From a virus (lineage: Duplodnaviria > Caudoviricetes), in the IMG/VR virus record IMGVR_UViG_2706795985_000001, positions 1-64,000 of that record: 64,000 nt of DNA, one strand, 5' to 3'. The notes under the pieces are model-generated. The model saw nothing but the letters and a program-made list of their open reading frames with translations, did no database searches and was not told the origin of the DNA. Position 1 is the stretch's first letter, and each line of letters opens with the position of its first letter. Of the stretch, positions 58,434 to 64,000 are shown piece after piece. A program made the position numbers and the translations under genes.

Positions 58434-61400
58434 ATGAAGCAGATTACAAACTGGAAGCAGGCAAGCATTGCTGACTTCGAAGCAGACGGGCTTCTTGATA
58501 CAGTTACAAAGATGCACGTAATGAGCTATCAGATTCGCGAGATGAACGGGGATCTATCTAAGGTTTTTACCATTCGACGCGACCACAAGAACTACAAAGA
58601 ACGTGTTGCTAAATTCTTCCAGTATCATATCGACAGGGGTATTCCCGTTGTTATGCACAACGGTATCGGGTACGACGTTCGTATGGTTGAGGAGATTCTG
58701 GAGATTGACCTATCAGGTTTGATGGTTGTTGATACATTAGCTTTGTCATGGTATCTATCGCCTGATCGACACCAGCATGGTCTGGATAGTTTCTTTGAGG
58801 ACTACGGTATTGCCAAGCCTGCTATTGCACACTGGGAACAACAAGAGGGTGAAACCCTTGAAGAGTTTCTTGACACTATGGAACATCGTTGCTCTGAGGA
58901 CGTTAAGATCAACACAGCTTTGTGGGAAGACCACATGGCACGTCTGGTAGACATGTACACAACTGCTCAGGGCTTGATTGACAATGGGCAAGAGATTAAG
59001 GACAAGCGTGGAGATGTTGAGAAGGTTATCAACGTTGGTGGTACTCGCATCTCGCCTGACGAGTGGATTCCCATTGACGATATGATTGGTCGTACTGTCG
59101 ATTCAGCTATTGACTCCATTCTGACGTTCCTGATGTTCAAGATGGACTGTGCCTGCCTGCAAGAGAAGACTCGCTGGGAATTGGATGTTGAACATGTCCG
59201 AAATTCTCTTGAGAAGCTTGAAGAGATTGTACTGGCAGCACGCACCGGCTTATCAGAAGTTATGCCAGTGGTGCCTAAATATGTCAAGAAGACAGAGCCA
59301 AAGATTGACCCATTCAAGAAAAATGGTGAGAGGACCGCACATTGGATCAAATGGGATGAGACCATGCGGAAGTTGGAAGATGGTGAGAAAGACCCTGAGT
59401 CTGGTGCACCACTGGTCTACATCGACCCTGATGATTTACCTCTAGAGGGTAAGCAGGTTTACCGTGTATGGAATAAGAATGAAGAACCAAATCCCGGTAG
59501 TCCAGTTCAAGTAAAGGACTTCCTGTTCAGCAAGGGTTGGGTGCCACAGTCATTTAAGTACGAGAAGGACGAAGTAGCTTTCAATGCGTGGATCGCCAGC
59601 AAGCCCCAAGGTAAGGCAAATCACCAGCAATGGGAACGTTGGAAAAACGCCAGACCAGAAGAACGTGCAATACCTCAAATCTCGGTTGGTGGTGATGACG
59701 GTAAAGAGCTGTGCCACTCTCTGATTGATCTGGCTGAAGAGGTCCCTGCGATTAAGGTTTATGCTGACTACAAGGTGGCTGAAAACCGTCGTAACGTGCT
59801 TCTGGGGTTCTTCAGAGACATGGAAGATGGGAAGTGGTTGAAGGCTCGTATTGGTGGTTTCACTAACACCCTTAGAGTTAAACACCGTGAGCTGGTAAAC
59901 CTTCCGGGCGTTGACAAGCCTTATGGCTATGATATCCGAGGTGGGTTAATTTCAGGATTCAAAAAGATTCTTGCTGGGTCGGACATGTCTTCTCTTGAAG
60001 ATCGTGTGAAGCACCACTTCATGCTGCCGCATGACCCTGAGTATGTTAAGACCATGCAAGCTGATGGTTTTGACCCTCACATTCTGATGGCACTCACGGC
60101 TGGGATGATTTCTCAAGCTGAGTTTGAAGCGTTCATGGCTGACCCGAAAGGTAGTCACCCGCCGCACGTTAAGAAAGGTCGTAAGGACGGCAAGACTTGT
60201 TTGCCAGTTGACAGTACAGAAGTCTTGACACGTCGAGGGTGGCTGCTTGGCAGCGAGGTGGGTATTGGAGACTATGTTATGTCTTTGGGCACTGAGACAA
60301 ATACGCTTGAGTGGTGTAGAGTTACAGACACCCTGTTGTTTAAGGGCCAGAAGACGGTTGTTATGAAAAACAATAACTGGGAACTAGAGTCAACCCCAGA
60401 TCACAAATGGGTTGTAGATAGGACCACAGGCAGAGGGTCTACACGAAGAGTCGTACGGGAGTGGGTGTCTACTGAAAAGCTGAATAAGGCTATGAATATT
60501 GTCACAACGGCAGCTTATGTTGGAGGCACTTCCGGCGTCACTGTTGCACAAGCTCGTGTTGTTGGTTGGATGCTGGCGGACGGCAGTCTGTCTGTCTCCC
60601 CGTTGACTTGTAAAACGTCTCAAGGTTTGTCCGGACACAAGCAAGCCGTACGGATGACAATCGCCCAGGCTAAGTTTTACGAGGAGGTAAAGGAAGATAT
60701 CGAAGCTGTTGGTTTGGACTACTCAGAGTACAAGAATTCCTGCAATGTGCCTGTGTTCCAGTTTAAATCCAACAGTGCGCGTGACTTCCTAAAGGACGTA
60801 GGGCTGCCACTGGAGGGCAAGCATAAAATTGACTACAGCCTGTGGGTCTCTGGGCTTAGCAGGGAGGCTTTGTCTGGATTCTACGATGCGTTTTGGAGGG
60901 CTGACGGAAATACTGCTTCGCCCGATAAAACTTACAAAACAAGCATTGTCTACCAAAATTCAGGTAATATTGCAGACGCTGTGCAGTTGGTAAGCATTCT
61001 TTTGGGTAAAAACACATTTAAGAAGTTTAATAAAAAAGGTTATGGAGTGGTAAGGTCACAAGACCGTAGTAGTGTGACAATGCAACGAGTAGAGAAGACA
61101 GAGGGAAGGGTTGTAGATGTTTTCTGCTTGACAACTGAGAACACTAGTTTCTTGATCCGACAGAATGGGTTTGTGACAATCACTGGCAACTGTAACTATG
61201 CTTCCGTGTACAATGCGGGTGCTGCTAAGATTGCACAGGCAGCAGGCCAGAGTCTAGCTACAGGTGAGAAGCTGCACAAGGCGTACTGGGAGCTAAACTG
61301 GTCTGTAAAAGCCATTGCTGAAGAGCAGGTGGTGTTTAAGGATAGTCGTGGTGACAAGTGGCTGATCAACCCTATCAACGGGTTCTGCTACAGCCTGCGT

Positions 61401-61688
61401 AAAGAGTCTGATCGATTCTCCACACTGGCACAGGGAACCGGTTCATATTTCTTTGACATGTGGGTTGATAACATTCTGAATGCAATGCAAGCTCAGTTTG
61501 GTCGTAAGACTTTGACAGGTAGCTTCCATGACGAATCCTGATCCGGCGCACGTGTTGGTCAGTGGCACCGGGCTGACTCACCTCAGATCATTACCGACGC
61601 TGTTGAGAAGGTGAACAAGGATTTCAACCTTCGCCGTAAGCTTGGGTGCCAAACACAATTTGGCAGGTGTTACGCCGAAATCCATTGA
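58434..61688 (+). CDS. Family A DNA polymerase with intein; in-frame TGA at 61539 in this assembly
   Basis: Exo DFEADG/HNGIGYD; motif A DMSSLE; motif B K|..NYASVY; motif C HDE; C-terminus LRRKLGCQTQFGRCYAEIH in same frame after the stop. Confidence 0.88.
60198..61190 (+). mobile_element. Intein in polymerase motif B (331 aa, LAGLIDADG-like core)
   Basis: CLPVDSTEVLT, STPDHKW, WMLADG/FWRADG, DVFC...ITGN|C. Confidence 0.93.
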
Positions 61689-61690
61689 TT

Positions 61691-61709
61691 GGGGGGGGGG
61701 GGGTGGGGG
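61691..61709 (+). repeat. G13-T-G5 homopolymer tract
   Basis: Directly visible. Confidence 0.9.
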
Positions 61710-61834
61710 TGTTATGCGTAAGGTCGTATGTTGGATTTTCGGACACCAGTTAAAAAGAAACAAAGATGGATTGGGGGTACACGTGCGTCTCTTGTGGTGC
61801 AGAGAAAATAATTAGTCCCATTGTGAGATAGGGG

Positions 61835-61863
61835 TTGACAACGGACAAGGATGTCTCTACAAT
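61835..61863 (+). promoter_or_regulatory. Sigma70-like promoter
   Basis: TTGACA-17-TACAAT. Confidence 0.75.
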
Positions 61864-61894
61864 TCACCTCATCAAACATAACGGAGGAAACACA

Positions 61895-62790
61895 ATGACT
61901 CAGCGTAACGAACCAACTGTTGGCAATGCCACTGCGGCTTTCGACTTCACTGGTATGTTCTCCAGCAAGAAGGGCAAAACCCCTGAGCAACAGATGAACG
62001 ATGCTCTGGCTGGCTTCACTCAGGCTCAAGCCAATCTGGAAACTGCCCAAGCGGCAATCGCCAGTCAAAAGGCTGACCACGAAGCTGAAATCGAGAAGCG
62101 TCAAAAGCTTCTGGCAACCGCTGAAGAATCGCACTCCCGTCTGGAGCGAATCAAAGGCCGCTTTGTAGACCTGCTGGCGTGAACCAGTACCGCGTCATCA
62201 AGAAAGACTTCTACCACATGTACGCTCTGGGAGAAATCATAGAGCGTTGCAGTTCTTCTGAAATCATGGGCACGTTTATCTACGTGAACAAGAAAGGCAT
62301 TCAGCAACGCCTGATGGACGATCAGGTTGAACTAGTGGTTGACACGAACGAAGAAGCGTTGTAAGATACGCATTCAATACACGCATTGAATATACGAAGG
62401 AGGATTCAAATGGCTACAGTTTCTAAAGGTGTTGTTGTCAAGGTTCGTACTGCCAAGAAATACGAGCACGCATTCAAACCGGGCACTCTCGCTACTTCTG
62501 AGGGTGAGGACTTCGGCCCTCATCACCGTGGCCTCTGGTCGCTCTTCCGTAACGAAGAAGGCGAAACACAGTATCTGCTTCCTGAGCACTACGATCTGGT
62601 TGAAGCGGCTGATAAGGTTTCAGACGAAACCCTGCCAAACAAGGTTATCTACGGCGTCCTGAACGCTGAAGATGAAATCTACGCATCCACTGCTGATCGT
62701 GATTTTGCACGTGAAATGAAGGCTGCACTCGGCGGTAAACGTAAAGGTATTCGCATCTTCCAATACGCCGCTGTTAAAGAAATCCGCTGA
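61895..62790 (+). CDS. Three hypothetical genes (61895-62182 coiled coil, 62179-62364, about 62410-62790)
   Basis: GGAGG/AGGA RBSs, strong codon bias. Confidence 0.65.
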
Positions 62791-62865
62791 TCTGATCAAT
62801 CAGCGTTAACTGAGGTCAAGTGGCCTCACACTGCCCAATAATGGGTCTTAAGATAGGAGATATAA

Positions 62866-63867
62866 ATGACAGGTTTTACATTTGTAACAACAACTACCAC
62901 CCAAACCGCTGGTGGTCAAAAGCGCGAAGTTGACTGGGATGGCTTGAATGGCCACGTCATTGAAATGGCAAAGACCCAAGACAAAGCGCGTTCTATACCG
63001 GGCGTAATTTCGGGTATCATCGACCTCGGTGAGCAAAACCTTGACGACGCTGAACAAGTGTTCGTTGGTGATGCCGCTGCTGAAGCTGCCGCAATCGCTG
63101 AAAAGCCTGCGACCTACTTCAAAGATGGTTTCGATGACAAGGGTAAGCCTTGCCGTCTGAAATGCTGGCCTCAGAAACCAGTGCAACAAATGGCAGTTAC
63201 CATTGACTTCCCGCAAGTGATGGTTGACAAGGGCAAGTATTTCGGTAACAGCAACCCGCTACCTCTGCGTCTGTTGCTGAACCGTGAGTTCACTCTGCCG
63301 GGTGACAAGACCAAAATCGTTGCATCGCCATACAACATTCGTGAAACCAAACACGATCTGGGTGGTGGTAAAACAACTTGGGCTTTCGCCAAGAACAACG
63401 GACTGCACAAACTGGCTGACGCCTGTGGCCTGCTTGACGCCAACGGTCTTTTCACTAAGAACCGCATCGGTGAATTGCTGGGTAAAGTTGCACAGTTCCA
63501 GTTCCAAGTGTTCATGAAGCCGGGTAAAACCGCTGGCACTTCATACTTCACTGAAGTAGTTAAGCTGGTTGGTATGGTTCCAGAAGGCGTTCCACTGCCT
63601 GAAGCTCCAGAAGGTACTCTGTACGGTGTGAACCTGTACGCTGCTAACGATGCAGAAGCTGTGAAGCAACTGCGTGTGTGCATCAAGAACCACATCATGA
63701 GAGCAAACAATTATGAAGGCTCTATCCTGAAAGGTGAGCTGGAAGCGTTGGAGGGTGGTAAGACCCAAGCTGCACCGCAAGAGGCTGCAAAGCCTGTGAC
63801 TGGCATTGCTCCGAGTGCTCCAGTGGGTGGCGATGACAGTTTCGATGACTCGGACGCTCCTTTTTGA
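62866..63867 (+). CDS. Putative ssDNA-binding/recombination protein
   Basis: Replication cluster, highly expressed codon usage, acidic tail DDSFDDSDAPF ending in Phe. Confidence 0.5.
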   Translation: MTGFTFVTTTTTQTAGGQKREVDWDGLNGHVIEMAKTQDKARSIPGVISGIIDLGEQNLDDAEQVFVGDAAAEAAAIAEKPATYFKDGFDDKGKPCRLKCWPQKPVQQMAVTIDFPQVMVDKGKYFGNSNPLPLRLLLNREFTLPGDKTKIVASPYNIRETKHDLGGGKTTWAFAKNNGLHKLADACGLLDANGLFTKNRIGELLGKVAQFQFQVFMKPGKTAGTSYFTEVVKLVGMVPEGVPLPEAPEGTLYGVNLYAANDAEAVKQLRVCIKNHIMRANNYEGSILKGELEALEGGKTQAAPQEAAKPVTGIAPSAPVGGDDSFDDSDAPF

Positions 63868-64000
63868 TCTGTAGGGAATGTGGGGCTGAAAAGCCCCATA
63901 CAGACTTCTATGAATCAAATAAGTCAAGATGCAAGGATTGTGTAAAAGCATCCGTAAGGCTTAGAAGAAAGGAAAACCCGGCTGTACAAGAGTATGATAG
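63864..64000 (+). CDS. Partial zinc-ribbon protein (CREC...CKDC), possibly a nuclease
   Basis: TTG overlaps upstream stop; N-terminus resembles 17047 ORF; runs off window. Confidence 0.5.
   Translation, partial: MICRECGAEKPHTDFYESNKSRCKDCVKASVRLRRKENPAVQEYD

Noticed and set aside
30747-61541. TGA reassignment explaining the in-frame stops in sheath and polymerase
   Set aside because: No tRNA with a TCA anticodon was found, many genes end normally at TGA, and both sites show local sequence disruption
61691-61709. Functional G-quadruplex
   Set aside because: Isolated long G run beside other suspected assembly errors; more likely a sequencing artefact
1-64000. CRISPR array, integrase, IS elements, rRNA
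   Set aside because: No regularly spaced repeat-spacer array, recombinase or transposase motifs, or rRNA-like sequence seen

Overview
This is a 64-kb slice of a lytic dsDNA myovirus genome (about 45% GC). Gene order and content resemble PAK_P1/phiPsa374-type Pseudomonas myoviruses; that is an inference, no database search was run. Layout: (1) 1-14.4 kb, minus-strand early/middle genes (small hypotheticals, DNA ligase, dCMP deaminase, Rha-KilAC protein, ClpP-like protease, PhoH); (2) 14.4-18 kb, ncRNA/tRNA region; (3) 18-49 kb, packaging, head, tail and lysis operon; (4) 49-64 kb, RNA ligase, small genes, primase-helicase, family A DNA polymerase and a putative SSB. Selfish elements are abundant: four group I introns with splice sites resolvable from the sequence (terL x2, portal, tail sheath), two inteins (helicase P-loop, polymerase motif B) and about 14 intact or decayed HNH/GIY-YIG endonuclease genes. 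Top novelty candidates: (a) two paralogous 270-290-nt structured RNAs (14461-14747 and 50739-51005) with covarying helices, each behind a sigma70-type promoter and directly upstream of a homing-endonuclease gene of a different family; (b) a promoter / coiled-coil gene / ~350-nt closed RNA domain / terminator unit at 52.7-53.8 kb; (c) a sheath intron with a 10-nt 3' exon next to a free-standing GIY-YIG gene; (d) two tandem Rz/Rz1 spanin pairs. Several lesions (in-frame TGA in sheath and polymerase, single-base indels, a poly-G run) are probably assembly errors and are flagged as such.
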